DNA of 64,000 bases, taken from positions 32,001 to 96,000 of the forward strand of contig CAVXEP010000003.1 of NCBI GenBank assembly GCA_963760795.1, written 5' to 3'. The notes under the pieces are model-generated. The model was not told the origin of the DNA. It worked only from the letters and a program-made list of their open reading frames with translations, and searched no databases. Positions 9,034 through 19,150 of the stretch are shown piece by piece (within the stretch, counting starts at the first letter, position 1; every line of letters starts with the position of its first letter). The stretch is from an uncultured delta proteobacterium. GTDB taxonomy: Bacteria; Desulfobacterota; Binatia; UBA9968. Made by a program: the position numbers and the translations under genes.

Positions 9034-10110
9034 TCAATCGCGAACGCCGGCTCTCGATGCGGCGAAAATTTCCCACACCGCCATGAACATCGCGGCGATC
9101 AGCGGCCCGATGACAAAACCGTTGAGCCCGAAAATGGCCATGCCGCCAAGGGTGGAGATCAGCACGACATAGTCGGGCATTTTGGTGTCCTTACCCACCA
9201 GGATCGGCCGCAGAAGGTTGTCTACCAGGCCGATGACGAACACGCCGAAGGCGATCAAAACGATGCCCTGCCAGATCGCGCCGGTGACCAAAAAATAAAT
9301 CGCCACCGGAAGCCAGATCAGGGCGGTGCCGATGGCCGGCAGCAGCGAGAACAAAGCCATAACCACCGCCCAGAGCACCGGCGCATGGACATTCAGTATC
9401 CAGAATATCAGCCCGCCGAGCATTCCTTGGACGATTGCCGTAACGACGTTGCCTTTGACGCTGGCGCGAGTCACGGTGGCGAACATATCGAAAAGCTCGC
9501 GCTGCTGATGCGGACGCAAAGGGACGGCAGTCCTGATGCGCCTGGCGAGATCATTGCCGTCGCGCACGAAAAAGAACAGCAGGTAGAGAACAATGCAAAG
9601 ATTGATCGCCAGATCGAACGTGTTCTGGCCAATATCAAATGCCTTGGTGGCAACGAACTGGCTGCCCTGCATTAAATTGCTGGACAGTTTATCTTGCATC
9701 ACGCCCAGATTGGTCAGGCCAAAACGGTCCAGCAAGGTAGTGATCCATGCGGGCAGGGCGTCCAGCACCTGCTGAAAATACCGGCCGAAGTTGATTTCTC
9801 CCGACTTGAACTTCTCGTACACGCCGACCGCTTCCTGTAATAACAACCCGCCGATCAGGATAAGCGGCAAAATGACGATGAGCAGAACGATGACGACGGT
9901 CGCGAGCGCCGCAAGCGTGCGTCTCTGCCCCATGATTCCGCGCAGCCGGCGGTCGAGAGGCGCAAACAGGATCGCCAAGATGGTTCCCCATAAAACCGCA
10001 CCGTAGAAGGGCCAGAGGATCCATGCGAATGCCAGCGTTACGGCAATGACCAGTAGCAAGAACGTCTTGTCTTCAAGGCCCGGCAGGTTGACAGGGTTTG
10101 GCGATTTCAT
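9034..10110 (-). CDS. AI-2E family transporter (PerM/YdiK-like)
   Basis: Multi-TM; LVDNLLRPILVG and STLGG...FG.NGFVIGP motifs. Confidence 0.9.
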   Translation of the reverse strand: MKSPNPVNLPGLEDKTFLLLVIAVTLAFAWILWPFYGAVLWGTILAILFAPLDRRLRGIMGQRRTLAALATVVIVLLIVILPLILIGGLLLQEAVGVYEKFKSGEINFGRYFQQVLDALPAWITTLLDRFGLTNLGVMQDKLSSNLMQGSQFVATKAFDIGQNTFDLAINLCIVLYLLFFFVRDGNDLARRIRTAVPLRPHQQRELFDMFATVTRASVKGNVVTAIVQGMLGGLIFWILNVHAPVLWAVVMALFSLLPAIGTALIWLPVAIYFLVTGAIWQGIVLIAFGVFVIGLVDNLLRPILVGKDTKMPDYVVLISTLGGMAIFGLNGFVIGPLIAAMFMAVWEIFAASRAGVRD

Positions 10111-10273
10111 AGCATCTCGACTTTGACCGTTTGCGCGGTAATAAGCGCGGCTTGCCGATTCTGCTAGCGGTCAGCCACGACTGAGCACCGTAGCGCATTG
10201 ATAGAAACACGATAGCCGCGCCGATTCCAGCTTTTCAAAAGAATAGCGTTTGCAGGGTTCAGACCCAGCAAAA

Positions 10274-10874
10274 TTACGCCCGTTTTGCCCGCAGGGTCCG
10301 CATCACGATCGAGTAACGCAGCTCTTTCACCGCTGGTATCGAATGCTGCCAGCTTTCTCGCGCAGCGCCGCTCAGCAAATAAACCGACGCGGTTGTAGGT
10401 CCATCGATATCGCTTCATCACGACCGATGCTTCGAGCGCGGACGGCGATATTGGCGAAATTTTAGTCGACATGGCGTGCCGAGAGAAATGCCGATGACCA
10501 CGCGAAACTGCGGAATATCCCATGCCAGCCGATGGGCGCTCCGGTAAATATTCAATAATCGTCGCTTGAACCAAACCGTCTGAACGGATTTTAAACAGGC
10601 TGCCCGCGCGTGAGCGCAACGGCAGGAGGAACTCCGGGAGGGCCGCTGCTTCGGTAATGTCGGCTGCGCCGAACGCGTAATCCCAACCGAAAGTTGCAGT
10701 GCGGCGCTTCCCGGTGAATTGATGGAATTTAAACGGCGTGAGTTGAAGTTTTTGAATTCTTTCGACCAGCTCGCACTCTTCAGCCTCTGAGATAAAGTTT
10801 CGCTGATAGTAAAATCCCTCGGGAGTTGAGCGGAGAGTTGAAAAAAGATCGTGCTCTTGATTCGCTCCAGGCAT
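10274..10874 (-). CDS. AlkB-family 2OG-Fe(II) dioxygenase (frameshifted in this assembly)
   Basis: PEGFYYQRNFISEAEE...KRRTATFGWDY at the N-terminus. The C-terminal YSIVMRTLR lies in another frame ending at TAA 10274. Confidence 0.7.
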
Positions 10875-11001
10875 ACGTCGACTTACGCCATCAGCGACAG
10901 AAGTTTAAGGGTACCGGAACGGATGACGCGTCTGCCCGTTCACTGAGGGATCCGCGCCATCCGAGCCGGCAAATCATGCCCGCAGTTTTGCGGACTCGAC
11001 A

Positions 11002-11148
11002 CTATAATTTTTTCTTGACTGCGTCGGCCGCATCCTGAGTCTTTTCGCCGGCACGTTCAACGTCTTTTCCGACACCGTGAACCGTGTTGCACGCGATGTT
11101 CAGACTCAGGAATAACAGCATCAGGGTCGCGTAAATTATCGGTCGCAT
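11002..11148 (-). CDS. Entericidin EcnA/B-family lipoprotein (48 aa)
   Basis: Manual translation MRPIIYATLMLLFLSLNIACNTVHGVGKDVERAGEKTQDAADAVKKKL with the CNT-x-x-G-x-GKD signature. AGGAG RBS. Confidence 0.85.
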   Translation of the reverse strand: MRPIIYATLMLLFLSLNIACNTVHGVGKDVERAGEKTQDAADAVKKKL

Positions 11149-11195
11149 AGTCGATCTCCTATTTCAGTGATGATTTCACACACCCATTTATATTT

Positions 11196-11212
11196 AGCAT
11201 TATATGTGCCGG
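11196..11212 (-). promoter_or_regulatory. Sigma-54 promoter for entericidin gene
   Basis: CCGGCACATATAATGCT, GG-N10-GC. Confidence 0.6.
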
Positions 11213-11447
11213 GTCATGCGCCGCTAAAAACTCTCTCGGCTGAAGCTTTCTGATTAAATTACTCAAACCTCTCAGTGAAAACGTCGCATTTTCCGCCGAA
11301 CAAAGGAGAAGCGCCGCGAGCCAATTTCTCACACGTCCCAATATTGAGAATCCAGTATTCCGTGCGACCCAGATTTAGGTCGCGATTCTCCCGCACAAAA
11401 ATCTGTGTCGAATCCATAATGGGCGCCAGCCATGTTAGAAATTATTT

Positions 11448-11759
11448 CTAGTCGCGATCCCATCGCCAATCACGATACCAGTCCCGGTTTGACTGATGTA
11501 TGTCCCGCCGGTCTTGTTGAATTTCTCTGCGCTGATCGCGGATTTTTTCACTATACTCACGGGCATCCCGATGATCGCCCTGGCGCAGTTCGCGGTCACG
11601 CGCGCGCCGCAACCGTTGCAGTTCCTGGAGATCCTCGCGCAGCTCTTGACGCTGTTCACGATTCCCTGGCGGGTCAGCGGCAATGGCGCGTCCACTCGGA
11701 ATCCCTATAGCAGCTGCCATTAATCCGATAGATATAATTGACGTTGATTTTTTTCTCAT
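11448..11759 (-). CDS. Secreted R/D/E-rich low-complexity protein
   Basis: Signal peptide followed by highly charged helical repeats. AGGAGG RBS. Confidence 0.75.
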   Translation of the reverse strand: MRKKSTSIISIGLMAAAIGIPSGRAIAADPPGNREQRQELREDLQELQRLRRARDRELRQGDHRDAREYSEKIRDQRREIQQDRRDIHQSNRDWYRDWRWDRD

Positions 11760-11785
11760 TGTCTTTTCCTCCTGCCCTGAAGAAA

Positions 11786-11802
11786 AGCAAGCTCCATACC
11801 AA
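11786..11802 (-). promoter_or_regulatory. Sigma-54 promoter
   Basis: TTGGTATGGAGCTTGCT, GG-N10-GC. Confidence 0.7.
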
Positions 11803-12133
11803 GAGTGTAAATATTAGATAACGCTAGAGTTGCGCAAATATTGAGCGAAAGGGAGTAAGAGAATTTCGTCCGGAGTATCGTGAAAATCTCCGACGTCCCA
11901 ATTAGGCGACACCAATCGAGGGATTATTCGACGGAAGTAACTTTAGAAATCCGCGTGACCGCATGGATCGAAGAACGATTTCACCCTGCGGTCAAAATGA
12001 CAGCGAATCCGAACTTGACGTTTTGAGCGTGGCGTAACTAACAGTGGGCGATCAGGTCGAGGCGGCCGAAGGCGAAGCAAAGATAACAGGTTCGACTTCG
12101 CGCCGTCCCGTGCCATGCGCGAATTGCTGCCGC

Positions 12134-12337
12134 CTATCCCTTGCCCTGCGACGGCACCACTAGCACGGGACATTTCGCCGCCCGCAGCAATCTATCCGTG
12201 ACGCTGCCGATCAGCATGCGCGACAGGCCGCTGCGGCCTTGGGACGACATGACCACCAGATCGATATGCTCGTTCTCGGCGCAGTCGACGATGGCGCTGT
12301 AGGGCTGGCCGGCGACCACCAATTCGCGGAGTTTCAC
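12134..12337 (-). pseudogene. Universal stress protein C-terminal fragment
   Basis: IDLVVMSSQGRSGLSRMLIGSVTDRLL. N-terminal half missing. Confidence 0.7.
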
Positions 12338-12412
12338 GTCGGCGCCGTGATGGGGAACCGCCTTGGGACAACCTCGGCGAGCTATCCGTTCGGCCCCTGC
12401 GCCGCCCGCACA

Positions 12413-13317
12413 TCACTTCGCCCGCACCACCAACACCGGAGCGTCGCTGTGGCGCACGACATTTTCGGTCACGCTGCCGAGCACCCAACGCCCGAGACGC
12501 CGGAGCGGCCATGGGAACACATGGCGATCAGACCCTCCGGGGTCTTGTGCCCGAGAGCGATGATTTCGTCGCTGGCAATACCTTCTTTGCTGAGCGCCGA
12601 CACCTTGGCGACGCCGAGCTTCTTCACCTCGGCCACCTGCTTGTCGAGATACTCCTTGGCCTCATCACGCACGCTGTCGATCAGCTCGTCATAGTTCACC
12701 ATGTAGCCGTCGTCGCCGCCGTAAGCGTTGTACGGCATATGGTAGGCGCGGAAGAGCACCACTTCGAGGTCGAGCTTGTTGGCCATGGTCGCGGCCAGCG
12801 GAATCACGCTCTCGGCGAGCTCCGATCCGTCCAGCGGCACGATGATCGATTTGAACGGCGCTTCACCGCTGGTCTTCGCCTCGTCCTTGGCGCGCACGAG
12901 CACCAAAGGGTTGGCGCTGCCGCGCAGCACTTTCTCGGCGACACTGCCCAACAGGAAGCGGTCCATCCCCGATCTGCCGTGGGTCGCCATGGCGATCAGC
13001 GTACCGCCGTCCGCGCCGGCCTTGCCGATGATTGCTTCTTCGGCGCGGTCTTTTTCCACCGTGCAGGTCACGTTGCCCTCGGGGAAAGTCGTGGCGATAC
13101 CGCGCAAATAAGTGGTGCTGGCACGCATGCCGTCTTCGACCATGGTATCGAGATGACGCGCCTTATCGGCCGAGATATGGGTCGCCATATTGGCGACGTC
13201 GAGGACGGCGAGCAGCTCAACGGGAATCTTAAACTTACCTGCCAGGTGACGAGCGTAGGGCAGGACTTTTTCGGCCGTCTTGGAACCATCCAGGGGTACT
13301 AGAATTTTGCTATACAT
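12413..13317 (-). CDS. Tandem-domain universal stress protein (frameshift near C-terminus)
   Basis: Two USP domains (ILVPLDGS...ATHGRSG...LGSVAEKV; IIVPLDGS...CSHGRSG). The shifted frame continues WVLGSVTENVVRHSDAPVLVVRAK to 12413. Confidence 0.88.
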
Positions 13318-13430
13318 ATATTTCTCCTCATCGGTGTCACAGCCTTGGGTTTTTTGTCTTTTGCATTGTCGACAATTGTGAAAGGCTCCTTTATTCTAAT
13401 AAGTTGTGATGTCTAGCAATGATGCAATTG

Positions 13431-13447
13431 CGCAATCACTGTGCCAG
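13431..13447 (-). promoter_or_regulatory. Sigma-54 promoter for tandem usp
   Basis: CTGGCACAGTGATTGCG, near-perfect consensus. Confidence 0.8.
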
Positions 13448-13675
13448 CCGATAACCGCGATTTTTGGCGCTCCGGCGCCGCGATTTTCGCAAGGTTGAAA
13501 AAATAGCCGGCGGTTTCTCGCAATCTTGCATGAGTTGACCGTCAAGCAAGCAGCTCATGAGAATCATCGCACTCCGGCAGGCCGCACCTCATCCTGAGTA
13601 AGTTCGAATGGCCGGCACGACGAACTTTCACTGCGCCCTTCAAGCGAAAAATTTCAATCTTCACCGAATGAAGCG

Positions 13676-13888
13676 TTAACTCGCTAATGCCGTTTGCAGC
13701 GCCATTTCATGATTAGGCTTTCTATGAGATCTGCGGTTCAGCACCGGTTCGTGATCGCGAATACGATCCAACCTGGCTTGAAACCAAGTGCCTTTTGGCC
13801 AATCCCAAATTTGCTGCGGTAGCTCATCGGCTACGTAACGGCCATCATTGACCGGACTCTGTAAAAAAATTGACTCCCAAGCGTTCAT
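13676..13888 (-). CDS. Small hypothetical protein (70 aa)
   Basis: GGAGG RBS and upstream sigma-54 promoter at 13942-13958. Confidence 0.55.
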   Translation of the reverse strand: MNAWESIFLQSPVNDGRYVADELPQQIWDWPKGTWFQARLDRIRDHEPVLNRRSHRKPNHEMALQTALAS

Positions 13889-13941
13889 ACATGTATCCTC
13901 CCTACTTTTACCGGCTTGAGTTGCTTTCTTTTCATCTCATC

Positions 13942-13958
13942 CGCAAAGCCGCTGCCAG
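13942..13958 (-). promoter_or_regulatory. Sigma-54 promoter
   Basis: CTGGCAGCGGCTTTGCG, GG-N10-GC. Confidence 0.7.
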
Positions 13959-14052
13959 GAAGTTCCGAAGTTCCAGCCGCAAGCAGTTAGAGTTTTTAAG
14001 AATAGTCTTCGGCTCACTATCTCCGAGCAGCGGTACGGAGTAGGGTAAGATC

Positions 14053-14832
14053 ATGCTAGAGATCATTCGACAAATCCTCGGACCGGCCGGCGTCGTGCTC
14101 GTCATCGCCGCGATCGTTCTCATCAGCGGCGTTAAGATCCTCAAGGAATACCAGCGCGCCGTGATCTTTCGCTTGGGACGGATGGTCCGGCCGCGCGGCC
14201 CGGGGATCACTTACGTCATTCCCTTGATCGAAAAGATGGTACGCGTCGATCTGCGCACCGTCACCATGGACGTGCCGCCGCAGGACGTCATCACTCGGGA
14301 CAATGTCTCGGTCAAAGTCAGCGCGGTGCTCTATTTCCGTGTTCTGGACCCGGTGCGCGCCATCCTGGAAGTCGAAAATTATCTGTTTGCCACTTCACAA
14401 CTCGCCCAGGTGACTTTGCGCAGCGTCTGCGGCCAGGGAGAACTTGACGAGTTGCTCGCCGAAAGAGAAAAGATCAATGCCCGAATCCAATCGATCCTCG
14501 ATGCCCAAACCGAGCCCTGGGGTGTGAAAGTCGTCCTGGTCGAGCTCAAACATATCGATCTACCACAGGAAATGCAGCGCGCGATGGCTAAGCAAGCGGA
14601 AGCGGAGCGCGAACGGCGCGCCAAAATTATTCATGCCGAAGGCGAATTCCAAGCGGCGCAGAAGTTAGCTGATGCGGCGCAGGTCATCGCCAAACAGCCC
14701 ACGGCGATTCATTTGCGCTTTTTGCAGAGCTTGGTGCAGGTGTCGGCGGAAAATAACCACACGGTGATCGTGCCCCTGCCCGTCGATATCGTCAGCCAAA
14801 TGTTCGCCAAAGCAGCCAGCCTGTTGAAGTAG
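14053..14832 (+). CDS. SPFH/band 7 (stomatin/slipin-like) membrane protein
   Basis: [12 protein letters not shown]...QDVITRDNV...[17 protein letters not shown]. Confidence 0.93.
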   Translation: MLEIIRQILGPAGVVLVIAAIVLISGVKILKEYQRAVIFRLGRMVRPRGPGITYVIPLIEKMVRVDLRTVTMDVPPQDVITRDNVSVKVSAVLYFRVLDPVRAILEVENYLFATSQLAQVTLRSVCGQGELDELLAEREKINARIQSILDAQTEPWGVKVVLVELKHIDLPQEMQRAMAKQAEAERERRAKIIHAEGEFQAAQKLADAAQVIAKQPTAIHLRFLQSLVQVSAENNHTVIVPLPVDIVSQMFAKAASLLK

Positions 14833-14982
14833 CGTGCGGCCCTACGGGAGAACGACAAAATGAACGTCGAGTTTACCCCGGACCGAATCCTACGAGCACC
14901 ACCGGCGCAACGTCGTTTGGTTTAGCGCCGTCGACAAAGAAAAGCTGAAACGAAAGAAAAACGACGCCAGCGGGCTGTTCGG

Positions 14983-15628
14983 CTATCCCGCAGCCGACAC
15001 GCCCTCAACATTTTGTTTCAAGATCGTGACCACGTCGTCGTCGGTCACCGGGCTGAAGTCGTCGAAAAACCGGCCAACTGAGAAAAACTCGGCGGGCACA
15101 TTCAAGCAGACCATCGCATCGCACTCGTGCCGCATCGCCCGCGCGGCTTCCGGCGACGCCACCGCCACCGCGCCGACAAGTTTTATCGGTTTGTGGGCGC
15201 GCAACACACGCAAAGCCGCGGTTATGGTCGAGCCGGTGGCGATGCCGTCGTCGACGACAATTACGATGCGGTCATGCGGGTCGATCGGTTTCCGCCACGG
15301 CGTATATCGACACGCCGCTCACGCAACACAGCGAGCTGGCGCTTTTTCTCCGCCTCAAGATAAATGGGATCTAATTCCGCCGCCCAGTCGTTGACGAAGG
15401 CATTGCCCGCTTCATCGATGGCGCCAATGGCGAGCTCGGGCTGCTCGGGATGGCTGAGCTTATGCACCAGCACGACATCAAACTCGCCGTCCAATGCGTC
15501 GGCGATGATTTTCGCCATCGGCACGGCGCCGCGCGGCACCCCAGCACCAAAGGATTTTTGTTCTTGTAAGACGTTTTTAACCGTTGAACGAGTAACCCCG
15601 CGGCATGTTCTCTGCTCTTAAATCGCAT
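14983..15628 (-). CDS. Putative phosphoribosyltransferase (frameshifted into three ORFs)
   Basis: MRFKSREHAAGLL...PRGAVP...ELAIGAI...VVDDGIATGST...AVAVAS. Confidence 0.8.
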
Positions 15629-15682
15629 GATCCACCTAATCAGTTAACCTATCCAGGTCCGCCGGTGTCGAGAACTTCTCGG

Positions 15683-16159
15683 TCATCGTCGGCGCATTCC
15701 CCGGGCAGCGAAATGGTGCAGGTCGTGAGGTTGGCTTCTCTGGTCGGTGCGCTTGATGGCGGTGAAAAATCTGAGCGCAGTCCGAAGTCCTTCTGCCTCC
15801 CCACCGGCAATCGCGGCGAGATCCGATAGCGAGACAATGCCCAAAAGCTTGCCGTTGAGCGCGATCGGCAAGCGCTTGATGCGCCGTTCACACATCACCT
15901 CCGCGGCGATGGGATGATCCTCATCCGGACGCAGCACATGCACCGGCCGGCGCATATGCGTGGCAATCCGACAGCGATAGGGATCATGCGCCCCAGCGAG
16001 GCACGCGAGCAGATCGCGGTCGGCGATGATGACCTTAACCCCGCCGGCGACGACTAAGCACCCAACCGCTTTTTCGCGCACGCGTTGCGCCGCCACCGCG
16101 ATAGTTTCATCAGGATCGGCCTGGACGACATATCGCAACATGATCTCTCGTAGTTTCAT
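15683..16159 (-). CDS. CBS-domain protein
   Basis: VGCLVV...DRDL...IKRLPI...GIVSLSDLA. Confidence 0.8.
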   Translation of the reverse strand: MKLREIMLRYVVQADPDETIAVAAQRVREKAVGCLVVAGGVKVIIADRDLLACLAGAHDPYRCRIATHMRRPVHVLRPDEDHPIAAEVMCERRIKRLPIALNGKLLGIVSLSDLAAIAGGEAEGLRTALRFFTAIKRTDQRSQPHDLHHFAARGMRRR

Positions 16160-16595
16160 GCGGCGCGCTCTGTGTTCTGCTCAACAAACACACGCAGGAT
16201 CCGTCACCGAAAGTATGCCAACGACGCGAAAATCCTCGACCACCGGCAACGAACTGATACGATAGGTTTCAAGAGTCTTGGCGGCGTCGACCAACGGTGT
16301 TGCGGCAGAAAGGGTCATCGGATCGGCGGTCATGGCGGCGGTGACAGTGAGATTCTCGGTGTAGCGGCGAATTTCGTCCTCATCACGAAACAGCGGATAC
16401 GCCGGCGCCACCTGGCGCAAATCGCGGTCGGTGACGATGCCGATGAGTTTGCCGTCTTCAACCACCGGCACCGCGCGAATGTCGCGCCGGCGCAACAACT
16501 CCACCACTCCGTTGCAAGGAATCGTTCGGTGCCACGGTCACCGGATCGACGGACATGCAGTCGCCGACCGTAAACCTCTTTGTCGAATTTGCCAT
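16156..16595 (-). CDS. CBS-domain protein (AcuB-like; frameshifted)
   Basis: IRAVPVVEDGKLIGIVTDRDLR...ISSLPVV. The N- and C-termini lie in other frames. Confidence 0.8.
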
Positions 16596-16608
16596 AGGTC
16601 ACCCTGTT

Positions 16609-16863
16609 TCATTGTTTGCGCGTCGGTTCCGCGCCCGCCCACTCGGGATCGATCGTTTGGATCGCTTCTTCCCGGAGGGCCGCATAACTCTTGGCGAACT
16701 CGGGATGATAGCGCGCCATGTAAGTCTTCAATATCTCCACCTCGATTTTGATCGAGTCAACCGCCGACGTAAGATCGATTTTAGCGTCCTTCAACAACGA
16801 TGCGGTCGCCTCGATTTCAGTCTGGATTAGATGAAAGCGGTGTTTGAGATCCGAATCTTCCAT
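16609..16863 (-). CDS. Hypothetical protein (84 aa)
   Basis: GGAGG RBS, helical and protein-like, sits within the operon. Confidence 0.7.
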   Translation of the reverse strand: MEDSDLKHRFHLIQTEIEATASLLKDAKIDLTSAVDSIKIEVEILKTYMARYHPEFAKSYAALREEAIQTIDPEWAGAEPTRKQ

Positions 16864-16887
16864 TGGCCACCTCCCTCTAGTTTGCGC

Positions 16888-17208
16888 TTACGACAATTCG
16901 CGTTTCTTGGTTTCAAACTCATCTTTCTCGATCTCTCCCTTGGCAAACCGTTCTCTGAGGATACTCATCGCCGAGTCTACCGGCGAATTTTTGCGTTGGC
17001 CGACAAACCATCGCATACCGAGGATGACGGCTACGATGATCGCACCCCAAAAAAGCGCCATCATGATCATCATACCGATGCCCCAACCCGAGCCCCACAT
17101 CGGATGCATGCGCCAGCCCCATTCGTAGGGCGCTTGCACAGTGAGCAGCGACTGAATGAAATCATCGAGAGACAGATACACCGATAAATTGCTGGCATTC
17201 ATATCCAC
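16888..17208 (-). CDS. SHOCT-domain membrane protein
   Basis: GWGMM-type N-terminal region, TM helix, AMSILRERFAKGEIEKDEF. Confidence 0.85.
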   Translation of the reverse strand: MDMNASNLSVYLSLDDFIQSLLTVQAPYEWGWRMHPMWGSGWGIGMMIMMALFWGAIIVAVILGMRWFVGQRKNSPVDSAMSILRERFAKGEIEKDEFETKKRELS

Positions 17209-17255
17209 CTCCCGGGGCTATGTCGGTCAAAAGCGAATCCCACATTCACGACAAT

Positions 17256-17272
17256 CGCATAGAGTGTGCCAC
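17256..17272 (-). promoter_or_regulatory. Sigma-54 promoter for SHOCT-CBS-PRT operon
   Basis: GTGGCACACTCTATGCG, GG-N10-GC. Confidence 0.7.
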
Positions 17273-17461
17273 GCAGACCGAGGCCGCATGCTGAAATATT
17301 GAGGCAAAATGGCGGGAGGATCGGCACACTTCGCACTGCCGGGAATTTACCCATGAATGCTTGTTAGGTTTGCGAAAAAACCAGGTGAACGGGAATCGAT
17401 CGAAAAGTTTACAACGACTTAAACGGTTGGAGCGATTTGAACCCGCGGTGCAAGCGGCAAA

Positions 17462-18820
17462 TTAACCTTCGATTTCCAACTTCTCGATCTTGCGATAGAG
17501 CGTCGACAGGCTTAGACCCAACAATTCCGCCGCGCGGATCTTGTCGCCGGCGGTCTTGCCGAGTGTTCGCTCGATATGGGTTTTTTCGTAGAGTTCGATC
17601 GCTTTAGTCAGATTATCTTCCAAGCGATAGTCGCCGTCGGACGCAGTGGAACTGTGGCCCGGCAGATCCGCCGGCGCGATCCATTCGCCGTTGCCGAGAA
17701 TCATCGCGCGCTCGAGCACATTATCGAGCTCGCGGATGTTACCCTTCCACGGCAGCGACATGAGAATGCGCATGGTTGCGCTGTCGACGCCTTTGTAGGC
17801 GGTTTTCATCTCCAGATTATGGCGGTGAATCAAATGCTCGACCAGCGCCGGCAGATCTTCCAGCCGTTTACGCAGCGGCGGGATGGTGATTTCAAAAACA
17901 CAGAGCCGGTAGTAAAGATCTTCGCGAAAGCGGCCCGCCTCGACTTCCGCTTTCAAGTCGCGATTGGAGGCGGCCAAGATGCGCACGTTGACTTTCACCG
18001 GATTGGTCGAGCCCACCGGCAAGACGGTTTTTTCTTCCAGGACGCGCAAAAGTTTCGGCTGCAAGCTCATCGGCATCTCGCCAATCTCGTCGAGAAAAAT
18101 CGTCCCGCCGCGGGCGCGCTGAAACAAACCTTCTTGGGAATTGACCGCGCCGGTAAATGAGCCTTTCATGTGGCCGAAGAGTTGGCTCTCCAATAAATTC
18201 TCCGGGATCGCGCTACAGTTCACCGGTAGAAAGACATTGTCTTTGGCCAGACTGTTGGCGTGGATGGTGCGAGCAACGACTTCCTTGCCGACGCCGCTCT
18301 CGCCGCTGATCAACACCGTGGTCGGAGTCGGCGCCACCTTCATGATCATCTTGACGATCTCTTGCATTGCCGGGCTGCGTCCGAGCGGCCGGTCCGGCGC
18401 GAAATGGCCGCTGACTTCGCGCCTGAGCAGTTGGTTCTCCCAAGCCAGCTGGCGATGGCTCATGAGGTTTTGAATCTTGCGCAGGACATCGGCGAAAACC
18501 AACGGCTTGAGCATATAATCCTGGGCGCCGGCACGGATCGCCTCGATGGCTGTCTCCACCGATGCGTGGGCGGTCATGAGAACGACCATAGTTTGCGGCG
18601 ACAGCTCACTGACATGCTTTAGCACCGCTAGGCCATCCGCTCCCGGCATCATAAGATCGGTCAGCACGACATCGAGATCGAGCTGATCTATCTTGGCCAT
18701 CCCTTCATTGCCATCCGCCGCCTCATGGACGTCGTAACCCTCACCGCGCAACAGCTCGACGAGACTGTCACGGGCGCTCTCTTGGTCTTCAACTACGAGT
18801 ATGGTGCCGTTTGAACTCAT
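17462..18820 (-). CDS. Sigma-54-dependent response regulator (NtrC/AtoC/ZraR family)
   Basis: Receiver domain, AAA+ (GESGVGKE, GSFTGA, FLDEIGE, FREDLYYRL), Fis-type HTH. Confidence 0.95.
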   Translation of the reverse strand: MSSNGTILVVEDQESARDSLVELLRGEGYDVHEAADGNEGMAKIDQLDLDVVLTDLMMPGADGLAVLKHVSELSPQTMVVLMTAHASVETAIEAIRAGAQDYMLKPLVFADVLRKIQNLMSHRQLAWENQLLRREVSGHFAPDRPLGRSPAMQEIVKMIMKVAPTPTTVLISGESGVGKEVVARTIHANSLAKDNVFLPVNCSAIPENLLESQLFGHMKGSFTGAVNSQEGLFQRARGGTIFLDEIGEMPMSLQPKLLRVLEEKTVLPVGSTNPVKVNVRILAASNRDLKAEVEAGRFREDLYYRLCVFEITIPPLRKRLEDLPALVEHLIHRHNLEMKTAYKGVDSATMRILMSLPWKGNIRELDNVLERAMILGNGEWIAPADLPGHSSTASDGDYRLEDNLTKAIELYEKTHIERTLGKTAGDKIRAAELLGLSLSTLYRKIEKLEIEG

Positions 18821-19150
18821 CGAATTGCTTTTCGCACAAGTGCAAAATCACCGTCAGTGTTTCGCAGATTTGCAAAGATTATGGCGTTCACCGGTGCGAT
18901 CCTTTGGTATATTCGCAAAAAAGCAAATCACAGGCCATTCTTATTTAGCTCGCGCAAAGTTTTCAGGAAGCTTACGACTCTTGAATTCGGATATTCCTCG
19001 CGCCAGTCGCAACTGTATTCTGAGGCAAGCCGAATTCGTAAGTCAGACAAGACAATCCCTCGCTGTCCCGGATGATGAGATCCTGTGCGTCTCAGCGCGC
19101 GAGACTTTCCGCGTTTCGGCTGCGGCCTGGCAGCGTGGGGATTCAGGCCA

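Noticed and set aside
9001-9675. Long antisense or alternate-frame ORFs (also 12511-13302, 34067-34843, 40890-41759, 60244-61092)
   Set aside because: Shadow ORFs of well-supported genes in GC-rich DNA, with no protein motifs.
18836-18860. Sigma-54 promoter for the NtrC-type regulator (TGACGGTGATTTTGCA)
   Set aside because: It lacks the invariant -24 GG.
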